Shown: positions 1-64,000 of the stretch, in pieces | Layout of the letters: each line of letters opens with the position of its first letter | Numbering within the stretch: position 1 is the stretch's first letter | NCBI GenBank assembly: GCA_964016885.1 | Contig: OZ024741.1 | Location: forward strand, 357,740,001-357,804,000 | Length of the DNA: 64,000 nucleotides | Direction: 5' to 3' | From: Eledone cirrhosa | Lineage: Eukaryota | Notes under the pieces: model-generated | The model's database searches: none | What the model was told of the DNA's origin: nothing | Seen by the model: only the letters and a program-made list of their open reading frames with translations | Made by a program: the position numbers and the translations under genes

Positions 1-113
1 TTACTCTATGTGCTACAAGTTCCTTGTTCATTATCAAGGGCATGACTGTAAAACACTGCCTCCCAAAGCATATCATGGGGCCAGCAAGGCTTTAGCTGGG
101 AAAATTACCTGAA

Positions 114-366
114 CCCTTTTGATACTAATACTAACCCATCTGAAATTAGCTCTGGTGTTTTTACAAAATCTAATTTTAAAGTGTTCTTACTCAAATTCAA
201 ACCTTCCATGTTTATGTAGGAACCTTTTGCTAAGTTCTGTTTCAAATAACAGTGTAATACAGTAAAGGCGGTTATTTTATTAAATCCCTCCAAATTTTTT
301 ATTATTTTGAAGATTAATTGAAACCCATAGGTAGTATATTTCACTAGAAACATGGTAACAAAAGGG
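114..366 (+). mobile_element. Older TTAA-flanked MITE family B (CCCTTTTGATACCA...TGGTAACAAAAGGG); further copies near 6494-6980, 35321-35709, 37800-37989, 46070-46307, 48210-48543, 48645-48880, 50758-50959, 51110-51383, 54500-55000, 55580-55960
   Basis: Recurrent TIRs plus shared internal motifs (tatttatctaaaacctt, ccagcttaataatgagaaagtt, ggcagtgt). Confidence 0.7.
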
Positions 367-677
367 TTAAAATGATTGTTGTTCTGTTACATACTTCATA
401 TATGTCCTACCAAATTTGGTGAGTGGTTCTAAAATATATAATAAATGATGATGGAGGCAAATAGCATTATTATGACAATGTGATAATACTAATGATGATG
501 AATTATATTAGAAAGGCATCTGTTGTAAATAGTATGTTTTTATTGAATAATTGGTCGTTCTTAAGAAAAGAAATTTACATATCCTATTTATAAATTCTTG
601 CTAATCTTTTATTACCAGAAGAAAATTTACTTTACATATTTTACTTCACTTCCCTTCTGCCTTTCCTTGCCCATCAG

Positions 678-728
678 CAGTTAGTTACCATTCCAGCAGC
701 AGGGCAGCTACATCACTAAAAATGGACT
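678..728 (+). CDS. Candidate 51-nt upstream coding exon (phase 1-1)
   Basis: Long pyrimidine tract ending ...cccatcag|cag (tandem acceptor). Reads VSYHSSSRAATSLKMD and ends T|gtattt, which is phase-compatible with exon 7128. The donor is weak. Confidence 0.25.
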
Positions 729-1073
729 GTATTTCAGCCTCTTATATATCTTCGTAGTTTACTACTACATTCTTTTCCATCACTGGATTTAAATGGTATT
801 TAGTTAGACGTAGACATTATTTAGACAGACATATGGGGAAGGAACTTTTGTGGAAGTGCCTTGGCTAATTCTGTTGTATAAACAGCTTCTTTTTAGTCAA
901 ACATTATCATCCTCATCATTGAAAAAATAAGTACTGGTGTCGCCTTCAAGGTGGTGCCCCAGCATGGCCAGTCGAATGAGTGAAGACAGTGAAAGAATAA
1001 AATAAGAAAATATGTGTGTGTGTATTGAATTAATAAGTTCCACTATATTTTTTACTACAGAAAATTGTCTAAT

Positions 1074-1193
1074 AATTATTTCTACTTTTGGCACAAGGCC
1101 AGCAATTACCCAGTGCATTACTGGTACTTTATTTTATCGACCCCGTAAGGATGAAAGGCAAAGTTAACACTGGTGGGATTTGAACTCAGAACA
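1074..1193 (-). mobile_element. Young tRNA-type SINE (family S1), 5'-truncated
   Basis: Reverse complement of gagttcaaatccc...gttaactttgcctttcatccttacggggtcgataaaataaagtaccagtaatgcactgggtaattgctggccttgtgccaaaagtagaaa. Confidence 0.9.
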
Positions 1194-1491
1194 TAATAAT
1201 AACAGGGCATATAAGCTTATCAAACTGCATGACTGTCACCAAGTGTGGCAAGAAAAATATGGTGCAGACATGGCTGTATGCTTTGCAATCATATGGCCCC
1301 AAATCTATAACGTGGTCTCATCATATGGCCTCTTGGACAAGTGTCTTCTATAATTTTAGATTGACCTAAGCCTTTTGAAAAGAACTGGGTAAATTGATAT
1401 ATGGACTGTATTCTGTTTTAGACTTAATCTGTCACTCAGATTTGAAACCGCCTTTGGTTCACTTTAAAGTATTTATATTTATCTAAAAACC

Positions 1492-4020
1492 TCTTCTTTT
1501 TCATTGCCCACTTATTCCTGGGAGGGTTGTGGGGGCAGAGTCCTCAAGTATACCTTCCAGCAGGTTCTGTCAGAAGCAGTTATCTCCAGTTGATCCAGCT
1601 GAGCTCATGGATTTTATCCAACCATCTTGCTCAGGGTCTGCCCCTGGGTCTCCTGCCAGTTGGTTTTGTTCGTAAAACTTAACCAGCAATCATTTCTTTC
1701 AGTCATTACCCAAGATTCATGACCATAGGTAAGCGTTGGCACGAGTACTGAATTAAAGATAGCGAGTTTGGCTTTTACACCTACCTCCCTGCTTCTGATG
1801 ACCAAATGCTGAAGCTGGCACATTACTACACCAGCTACTGGAATTCTTGCACTTAATTTAGCCTCTTGCCTTTCATCACTCATGAACACAGCCCTGCTTC
1901 AGTGGAACTCCATTCACATGTATAGTACACTGTACAGACTTCCTTGAGAGGAAGAGTTTCTCAGGCTTTATAGCACTGATTTTCATTCCTGCTGTGCAGC
2001 ACTTGGCAGCAAACCTAAAGTACATGTCTAAGAGCCCCTTTTGACAAGTTAAGTAGTACCAAGTCATTTGCAAATTCCAGCCAAGTGGTACTACTCCCAC
2101 CAATCTTGATACCACTTCCAGGCCGATTTTGCATGTCAATCTTGTTCGTGGAGATAATGAACAGGAGAGGTGACAGTATGCACCCTTGGCGGAGTCCAAC
2201 ACACACATTGAATGGTTTTGACTTAGCACCATTTATCCAAACACAAATACTAGGGCATTTATAAAAGACTTCTGTCGAACTGCTACGCTGTTTCTGGGGG
2301 ACGTGAATGACTGTCACCACAGGTTTTAAATGTTATTCATATGATGTTGACATTGATTGTTTGTTGTGAGACATGGTCATATGCCTTTTTGAGGTCTACG
2401 AAACAAGCATACACCTCTTGGCAATACTCTCATGATTTCTCGAAGACTTGCCACAGTGTAAATATTTGGTCTGCTGTGCTGCATCTGGGACGAAAATCAT
2501 ACTATTCATCAGCTAGCTTGGACTCAACAATCTCCCTACATCTCTTTGCCAGACATTTAGCATAAACTTTACCCGGGAGGCATAACAAGGGAGATCCTTC
2601 TATAATTGGAGCAATCTCTCGTGTCTCCCTTTTTGAAAATTGGGATTATGACTCCTGATTATCATTGCTTAGGTGCCATTCCAGAGATCCAAACCACCCG
2701 GCACACATGAGTCAGCTACAGAATACCTTCTCTATTTAAGGCTTTTAACATCTTGGGCCAGATTTCATCCTTCCCAGAAGCCTTGCCACATTTGAGCACT
2801 TTAATTGCTCTTGTTACCCCAGCCTCTGATAAATTAGTCACTGTTCCCAGATGCACCTTGTTTACATCTGAAGATGCTGTTATGGCCGGGTTTAGGAGAT
2901 CAGCAAAGTATTCTCTCCACTTCACAAGGATGCAGTTCTCTGAAGAGAGAAGAATCCCATAAGCATTCCTGATAGCAGGTGTGGAGGGGGACTTCTAATT
3001 ACAAAGTTGGCGGATGGTCTGCTAGAACACTTTATTTGTTAATCTGAAGTCAGATTCCAGCTTAACCCCAAAGTCATCTCATATCTTAACTTGGACACCT
3101 TTATTGTCACTGCTGCAACCTTTTGCACCTGCTTGTTCTGCAAATGCAAAGACTTATTTCCAAGCCAAGTTTTGTAAGCTTCCGTTTTGCTCAGATGACA
3201 TCTTTCACATCTTGGATTGAACCAAGAGGTTTTGTGGGTTTTCTTGGCTTTAGGCAGTCTTGGGCTGCAGATAACTAATCAGTTGACAGCTCATCCCCTC
3301 TCTTAACACGAACATCCAGCACAGAATCAAAGAGATGAGATACAATACCAAAATCAATTATTGATCTTAGTCCATGATTCCCCTTATACCATGTATATTT
3401 AGGGATGTCTCTATGCTGGAAGAAGGTGTTCATAATAGAGAGTCCATTGCTAGAACAGAAGTCTAATAAGGCCTCTCCATTTGCATTTAGATCGGGATTG
3501 CTGTTCCTACCAATCACTCTTTTCTATGTCAGGTAGTCAGTGCCAACATGTGCATTGAAGTCTCCCATATGACTCAGTCTTAACTACAGCTAAAGCTGCA
3601 GTGACTTCATCAAGGAAGGACTCTCCGTTTGTTGTATAAACTTGCACCACCCTCAGAGACCTTTTAGCCTAAATTTCAAGAGGCAAATTCCTCCCTCCCA
3701 GTGAGATTTAGTCTATAACACATTCCAACAACTGAGGTCTAGTGAGTGTCTCCACTCCAATGTGTGCAGTCATTTCTGAATAGTGAATTTTCTATCTTCC
3801 ATCCAAATCTGCAGTACCTGAGCCATGGAACATTGAAGAAACTGCAACTATATCTAGCCAGTAGCATCTGGCCTGCTCCTTACCTGTAAGGGTTGTAACA
3901 TTCCAGTTGCTAATTAAGGTTTGGTCCCTTCTGGACCCTTTTGGGGGTCTCGGTATATGCAACCTTTTTGTGTGCATCCCATGCCTCACAAGACAGCTCA
4001 TCCTTTCCCACACCATTTCA
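1492..4020 (-). mobile_element. Degenerate RTE-clade LINE (APE endonuclease + reverse transcriptase pseudogene)
   Basis: Collinear minus-strand fragments: SNWNVTTLTGKE; NANGEALLDFC..NGLSIMNTFFQH..KYTWY..SIIDF..LSTD (APE); KCGKASGKDEI; GLRQGCILSPLLF; FANDLV; LVPTLTYGHESW (RT and C-terminus). Many stops and frameshifts. Confidence 0.9.
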
Positions 4021-5636
4021 GAGACTTTGCCAAAAGGCCGATAAGAATTGCCTTTTCTCTTTAACTAAGCGTTAAATAAAATTTTAAAGTAACATTTTCG
4101 CCTGAACTTCTCATTAGTCAATACAACAAAAAGCAACACAAGAATTTGGGGCCATTTTTTCTACCTAAGCTATAGTTAGCCTTACGAGGCCCATGATATG
4201 CTTCTCCATTTTTGCTCTATCTTCTACATCTCATATCACTGAGCCCTGGCTTTTATTTCCTCCTCAATCATCTTTAGCTCTGTTTTTCTTTGTTTTCCTC
4301 TGCTTCTACTTCCTTTCACACTTATTTTCATTACTCCTGTGCCTATATACAACCAGGCCTGCACCTATAAAAAGCAAAGTTTATTTGACAGGATTTTAAC
4401 TTAGAATGTAAAAGACCTGGATAAATCTAGCAAAGCATTTTGTTTGATGCTCTAACAAGTTTGCTGGTCTAGTGGAATTCAGTTCTAAGTTCAAATCTCA
4501 CTGCAGTTGACTTTACCACTTGCCTCATTGGACATAATAAAAAATATGTTCTTCTAATATACTGGGGTCAATTTGATTCTCTAAACCCCTATAAATTGTG
4601 TCAATCATAAAAATCCTCTCATTATTATGGTTATGCTGAATCTAATTCTGCTCAAATCAAAATTGCCTTTCATATTTCTGGAGTTGATGAAGTAAGTACC
4701 AGTCAAATGCTGATCCTAAGTAAAAGAAAAAATCATTATTATGCTAAAAAAAGGGTGATGGATTAGCAGAATCATTGTATGTGTGTATGAACCTGTAACT
4801 TCTGGTGGTGTTGTAGGGGTACCATAATGACGTTTTAAATCTAGCAGAGCCCATACCTCTCCAGATTTTAACACAACCAATTTCTTCCAGAGAAGAGAGA
4901 GAGTGAGAGAGAAAATATAGAGGAACAACCAACCCTAGTACTGGACTGGTACTTTTTTTTTATTAACCTAGAAAGGATTTGAATTCAGAATGAATACAGC
5001 AAAGCATTCTCTCCATCATTTTAACGACTCTGCCAATTCACTACCTTCAGCAGAATCATTACCACTGGACAAACTGCTTTTTGCTATGTGTTCCATTTAT
5101 TTATCTCCTAAGTCCTGCCAAGATCAACTTTAACTTTCATCCTTCTAGATGTTGGAGTCAAAATTGTAACATTGTAAATTCAATTCTTGGACTGGACAGC
5201 TTGTTGTGTCCATAAGCAAAGCATTTCATTTCACATTGCCCCAGTCCACTGAGCAGAAAATAAGGAATACTAGCAGCAACTGGAGGTTAATCCTGCAATG
5301 AACTGGCTAAAGATGACAAAGGAGAAAATGAAAGCCAAAGGTTTGGTTAGAGGGTATGTAGAGGATAAGACAAAATGGAGATACCTGTCATGGAGCCACA
5401 AGGCTAACATTTTGTATGTACATGTTACTTGAATAGCTCTAAAATATAGAATGAAATATGTTGTTTTTAAGTGGTTTTTTTTCTTTATTCAGGTCTCTGA
5501 ATTTATACCCTTTCTTAAATATATTTTCTGTTCTCTATGATGATTCTCTGCTAACATTTTCCTACTTTTACTCCATTATTCCAGAAACCAGATGTGACCC
5601 TAACTTTAACGGTAAATTTATTTATTATTATTTGAG

Positions 5637-5817
5637 GGATTGGCAGTATCGGTAGAGCGTCAGGCACTGCGCTTGGCAATAGAGAGTTATGGCCCTCTAT
5701 GTTCTGAGTTCAAATCCCGCCGAGGTTAACTTTGCCTTTCATCCTTACAAGGTTGATAAAATAAAGTACCAGTAATGCACTGGGGTAATTGCTGGCCTTG
5801 TGCCAAAAGTAGAAACA
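5637..5817 (+). mobile_element. SINE S1 with TSD attatttgag
   Basis: A-box-like tggcagtatcgg and B-box gagttcaaatcc; TSD at 5627-36 and 5818-27. Confidence 0.92.
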
Positions 5818-6056
5818 ATTATTTGAGATATGGCTACAGGGTTAAGACTTCCTTTCAGAATCACATGGTTTCAGTTTGATTACTGCATGAAAGGGGAAAG
5901 TGTTTTTCTACTATAGTTTCAAACTGACCAATGCCTTATGAGTAAATTTGATAGATGGAACTGTAAGGAAACTGGTTTTCCCTCTTTTTTTCTCTCATTT
6001 TTTCCCCATTCCTTCCTCTTCTCACTCTATCTTTGTGTTTTACGTTTAATTCCTAA

Positions 6057-6181
6057 CTCAGTCTTCTGATGAAAGACTAGTGTCCAAAACATTAAGACTC
6101 TTTTCCTGATAGTTGAAGCGTTAAACTAATATATCTCTTCAATGTACTGTGTCGTTTGGTTTATTTCTGTTTACTTTTTAC
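6057..6181 (+). mobile_element. ~125-bp Penelope-like repeat fragment with decayed minimal hammerhead (6060-6099)
   Basis: agtctt-CTGATGA-a-agac-tagt-gtcc-AAAA-ca-tt-aagact; homologous to the minus-strand copy at 35856-35985; ends at a (CA)n/(TA)n microsatellite. Confidence 0.6.
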
Positions 6182-6535
6182 ACACACACACACAAATGTA
6201 TATATATATATGGGTGTGTTTATGTGTCAGTCACCACAAATGTCATATCTGCATCGTATATTAAAAAATAAAATTAATGCTGTTTATTTCCCCATAAAAT
6301 AATGCACTCTGCAGTGTAGTGGTTCAATTAACATCCAAGTTATACATACCATACTTAAAATAAAGGTTAGATTGGTTTCAGGAAGGGCATCCAGCCATAG
6401 AAACATGCTCTGTGGTTTCTTCCAACTGACATAAACATGAAATAAAAACATGATTATATGACAGGGTCCATAAGATCAAGTTAGAGTCCTAACCCTTTTG
6501 ATACCAAACCATCTAAAACCGTTATTAATCTGATA

Positions 6536-6726
6536 AAGGGTGGTGGACTGGCAGTATCGGTAGAGTGTCGGACGCCATGCTTTGAAGCATAGAGTTACCT
6601 CCCTTCATGATCTGAGTTCAAAATCCGCCGAGGTTAACTTTGCCTTTCATCCTTACGGGGTCGATAAAATAAAGTACCAGTAATGCACTGAGATAATTGC
6701 TGGCCTTGTGCCAAAAGTAGAAACAA
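6536..6726 (+). mobile_element. SINE S1, full length, 14-bp TSD, nested in MITE B
   Basis: ttattaatctgata at 6522-35 and 6727-40. Confidence 0.93.
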
Positions 6727-7127
6727 TTATTAATCTGATACCAAACTATCTGAAATTGCCCCTGGTTCTATAATACAAAACTGTTTAAATTAAGGTGTTT
6801 ATATTAATCTAATAGCCTTCCATCATAATTCTATGTAAAACCTTTGTCAAGCTATGCTTCAAATACCAGCTTAATAATGAGAAAGTTATATTACTAAATT
6901 TCTCCAAATTCTTTGTTATTTTCAAAATTATTTGAAAATGGTAGGCAGTGTCTTTAATAGGAATAGGTAACCAAAAGGTTATGAATAGCTCATTTCATAA
7001 ATAGTCATCAGATATTTCCAGAATTTTGGAAGATTTCTACTTCTGTGGTATTTGTTGAAAGTATTATTTACTTTAAATTTTTTAAATTTTAAAATACTTA
7101 ATGATATTTTTTGGTTTTGTTTTCCAG

Positions 7128-60186
<53,059 letters not shown>

Positions 60187-60872
60187 CTACAGCTGTAATT
60201 CTATCCTGTTTCTTTCACTTCTTACAGTGACATTAACAGTATTTTTTTTTTAAACGAAACTACAACAGTTGGAGAGCATCATAGTATTTTTTCATAATTA
60301 CTAGGACTGTGCTCATTCCCCCCCTCCTTTTTTTTTTTTTTTTCAAACTACTGTTTGAAAATTTAGTCAAACTGAGAATTCCATGTGATCATGTGATTAT
60401 CTTTTAAATAGAACAAATTTTAACAAGATATCTTCCAATGCTGCCTCCATGACAGAAAACCTTGCCCATCCTACTTCACGAACAAACTATTTTTAAATTC
60501 TTTATTTATTTTGCTCAATATTTATACTAATTGCAAGGTGCTACAGTCTTCTTTTTATTATTATTTACTCTCATCAAAAAACCCTTGCTAATTGTGAACA
60601 GTTTCTCTCTATAATATAGTCTACACCAAAACTACAGTATTTCTTTTAACAGTAAAATTAGAACTATTTCAACTTTACATCCTTATGTCGTTTTTATGAA
60701 TTCAATATTATTGACTTAGGTTGCACATTTATATATTTATAATGATTAACACCAGTTTATCTCATTTAAACATTTCCAATAGATATTTTCCAGAAATATT
60801 TGAGTAGATAATTTCTTTCTGTTACTATTTGTAATTAGATGCCAAATCTAATTCTTATAAAGTTACCTGTAA

Positions 60873-60878
60873 AATAAA
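60873..60878 (+). terminator. Candidate polyadenylation signal AATAAA (alternative at 61938-61943)
   Basis: AATAAA about 690 nt after the stop codon; the motif is common by chance in AT-rich DNA. Confidence 0.3.
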
Positions 60879-60945
60879 ACATAACTGATCGAGATATTTT
60901 CAAACCTTTTGAACTTATCTTTTTTTCATAATGAAATAATTATAT

Positions 60946-60948
<3 letters not shown>

Positions 60949-60977
<29 letters not shown>

Positions 60978-60998
60978 ATAATAACAATGATAATAATA
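60949..60998. repeat. (TAA)n microsatellite
   Basis: Direct reading. Confidence 0.9.
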
Positions 60999-62504
60999 CC
61001 TATGTTATTTTTATCACGGTTCTTCTCCCTTGGCTAATGTCAACGACTACTTGAATAGTATTTATTTCTTATGTCACTCCTTTTGGTTCTGATGAAAATG
61101 ATTGCCCTGCCAATGCGCACAGCTGATAAAATATTACCATCTTGGCTTTAACAACAATCACATTTTAAAAAAATACTAGAGTACATTAAGCAAAATCTTT
61201 GTGTCACACATTCTCACAAAACATACATACACAAGCTTTTTGAGTCTTTGCCCCTTTTTATGTTAATTATTACATTCATTATTTTGAATATTTGTATCAT
61301 TTTTGCTGCTCAGCTTCTCCTGAAGCAAGACACACACATTTCTATCAATTGAATTTCTAAATTTTTAACCTTAAGTATTAAGCCAAAAACTGCTACAAAC
61401 GTTGGCAGCCTGATCTAGATATGTCATGTGACTGCTCTGCTTTCTCTTTCTATCAGCATCTCTATTCTTTTCAATTGTTGTCTCTATTTTATTTCTTTCC
61501 TCTATCTTGTAGCTGCAATATCAAATGCTCTGTGTTTGTTGTCTCCATGCCAATAGCATCTATATTTCCTGTGCTCAACATTTTAATAGTTTGCATATTT
61601 AAGACATGAAAAAAAATATTTAAAAAATAATTAAATCTACAAAAATATTTTTTTTAAATGTTTAAAAAAAAAAGTATATTCCTTTCTATCATGATGTACT
61701 CCCAATCTGATAACTGAAGCAGACAGAACTGCTGTACTTCGAATTCTTCACAGAGGCCTGAATCCCTGAGGGTTCTCAACAGACATAAAATATAATTCTT
61801 TTATTCTATTTACCAAAAAATGTCACTGATTAATGCTTGAGCTGCTATGTACTTTGTTATTTAGGTCACTGGCACTCTGTAGATGTTTCCTGGCTGCTGG
61901 AATTACCATAATAATCACAGTATTTTATTACGTGTTTAATAAAGAAACGAATCTTTGAAAACAGAAATCTTGTATTATCTAATTATTATTATTATTATTA
62001 AGTTTGCATGTAAAATACAAAGATATGAATGTTTTTATTTTTCCTTTTATTTTTCTTTCCTTTAATTTGTGCCAAAATTCTCCATAGATTTCTTTCCAAT
62101 CGCCTATTGAGATCAGATAATCTTTTTTAAATGTCATGTATGTCTTGTCTTTGACCATTAAAAATTGACATAGATACTATAAATGTTCAAGGAAGGGAAG
62201 AACACAGCAATACAATTTGCCAGTTCTGTTTTCCATGTCTTCCATCTCCAGTGGTGTTGACGCCACTTTTGAAATTATAATTAATGGCGATTGCGTTTAG
62301 CACGTCTGGACGTTGCAAGAAATTCAACCATTTTAAAAACTCTCTGCTGCCAGCTATATCCTTTGGTTTTTATTGAAGTTTTTTTCACACATACACACAC
62401 ACATTATATATATATATACTTTCCTTTTCCTACATACATCAAATTATCTAGTTAAACACATGCTGATTTGGTTTTTGTATTTGAAATAAATAAATTTATT
62501 AGAC

Positions 62505-62775
62505 TATTATTATTACTATTATTGGTGGTTTGCACAATAAATATTATCATTACTGGATCTTCTATTGTTTGTCAAGTCTCAACAAGGACCGATAGCACTT
62601 TTCTAAGTATATGTGCAGTGCCCAACAGTGCAGTCTTTTGTAGGAAACCAATTTGTGTTTCGAGGTCTGTTTGCATAAGATACCCTCTCAGTTTTGATGG
62701 TATCAAGCCCAAAACATCAATAACAACTGGAATGATCTTGTTGTTTTGATGTTTTGGATCACATTTGTGCAATTT
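62505..62775 (-). mobile_element. 3' fragment of an RLE-type (R4/Dong/NeSL-like) non-LTR retrotransposon
   Basis: KIIPVVIDVLGLIP...LQKTALLGTAHILRKVL resembles the C-terminus of restriction-like-endonuclease elements; it is followed by a (TAA)n-like run. Confidence 0.7.
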
Positions 62776-62795
62776 TGACCTTCGTGTCAGTATTT

Positions 62796-62842
<47 letters not shown>

Positions 62843-63524
62843 CTTTTAAGGCTGTTTTAGTCTCCAGGGTATTATTACTACTACTACTACTACAGTTTCT
62901 CAAAACACATGAACTAAGATTGCCACATGATTGGTCAAATTCTTTAACAGTGATGGTGCTACAAAAGATTTCAGTTGACATATAATACTCATTATTCTTA
63001 AATTTTTCCTTTCATAGTTGGCAGCAAACTAACACACTAATATCCAAAGAAAAGACTGAATTCTTTTACAATTCCTTATTGGCACCAAAGTTATCTTCTG
63101 CTTTAGCTATCTGCCTCTTCGCCCTCCCCCTTGTTTTTTTTAATTTAAGTTTTTTTTTTTGTTTTTTTTTTATGCTTGTATTTTCTCATATTTTGTACTT
63201 GTCACAGCTAATAAATTATTGCCTTTTTACATACTTTCCGTGTTGGCATTTAATATTTGTGACAAAATTTATGTATTTATTCTTTACTTAACCATAGCAT
63301 TTGCATGTGAATGGAGAAACATAGTTTAAGGTGCAAGAAGAATGTGGAAATTGCAATGTGTAAAGAAATTTATCTTTTAGAGCTCTTCAACAGTTTTCCA
63401 AAGGTGCTAATATACTACTGTAAATCTTGTTCTTTTGAAATAAAAGGATACTAATCCACTGTCTACATTTTATTCCCATGTACAAAAACGTGTGCATTCA
63501 TTACTAGCAGATCAAAATATGGAG

Positions 63525-63856
63525 CAGTGATTCTCAAAATGGATGCTACTCCTCCTTGGGAGTGCTGAGATACTCAGAGGGGCTCTGAAAGTCAAGGAAA
63601 TGGAGGGATGGATTGTTGAAAGGCAAAGAGGGGTAAGGAAGGAAAGGGGCAAAGAAATCCAAATTAGTAGTAAAACTCACCTTTAACTGTTGTTCAATAA
63701 ATGTTGAAACTTCTTTAAATAAATAAAAAATTTATTTTTATTTTTTTTAATATATAATTTTTCTTATGAACAATACAGTGAGTGAGGGAGGGTGCTGAAA
63801 TATATCCTCTAGGAGTAGGGACTGATTAGTCAAAAAAGGTTTGGTGAGAAACTCTG
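63525..63856. mobile_element. hAT-type non-autonomous DNA transposon
   Basis: Terminal inverted repeats CAGTGATTCTCA ... TGAGAAACTCTG; flanks atatggag/ctatagat loosely fit a nTCTAGAn target. Confidence 0.5.
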
Positions 63857-64000
63857 CTATAGATTTATTGCAGCAATAAGGTGGCAAAACATCAAATCTC
63901 GTAATCGAGCGTTCACGATACTGACGTGACGTCGGTTCAATTTGAAATGGGAAATTTCTGTTTCATCGATTTTCTCCGTAACCATGGAAGCTTGTCGCTT

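Noticed and set aside
5637-5725. tRNA gene suggested by A/B boxes
   Set aside because: It is the head of a high-copy SINE with TSDs; no cloverleaf is evident.

Overview
AT-rich, repeat-dense animal genomic DNA; the SINE repertoire suggests a coleoid cephalopod such as an octopus (inference). The window holds the 3' part of one + strand intron-rich gene of the LIMA1/EPLIN-XIRP2-LIMD2 family. Exons 7128-7182, 10239-11637, 47644-47789 and 60003-60186 splice in frame, giving a repeat-rich region followed by a C-terminal LIM domain. A probable internal first exon ending ATG|gtaagt at 40487-40489 would give a 110-aa LIM-only isoform. The introns carry degenerate RTE, CR1/L2-type and R4-like LINEs, many tRNA-type SINEs with target-site duplications, TTAA-flanked piggyBac-type MITEs and about 7.7 kb of (TA/TG) microsatellite, which explains the long spurious Y/I/M/C/V ORFs. 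The most notable feature is a near-perfect ~430-bp palindrome (21812-22240) between the two microsatellite arrays. Each arm carries a type I hammerhead ribozyme fold with a self-complementary stem III (Penelope/retrozyme-like), so the pre-mRNA would contain a ribozyme directly preceded by its own antisense copy. Two further decayed minimal hammerheads lie at about 6.1 kb and 35.96 kb. All calls were made by eye; no searches or folding programs were run.
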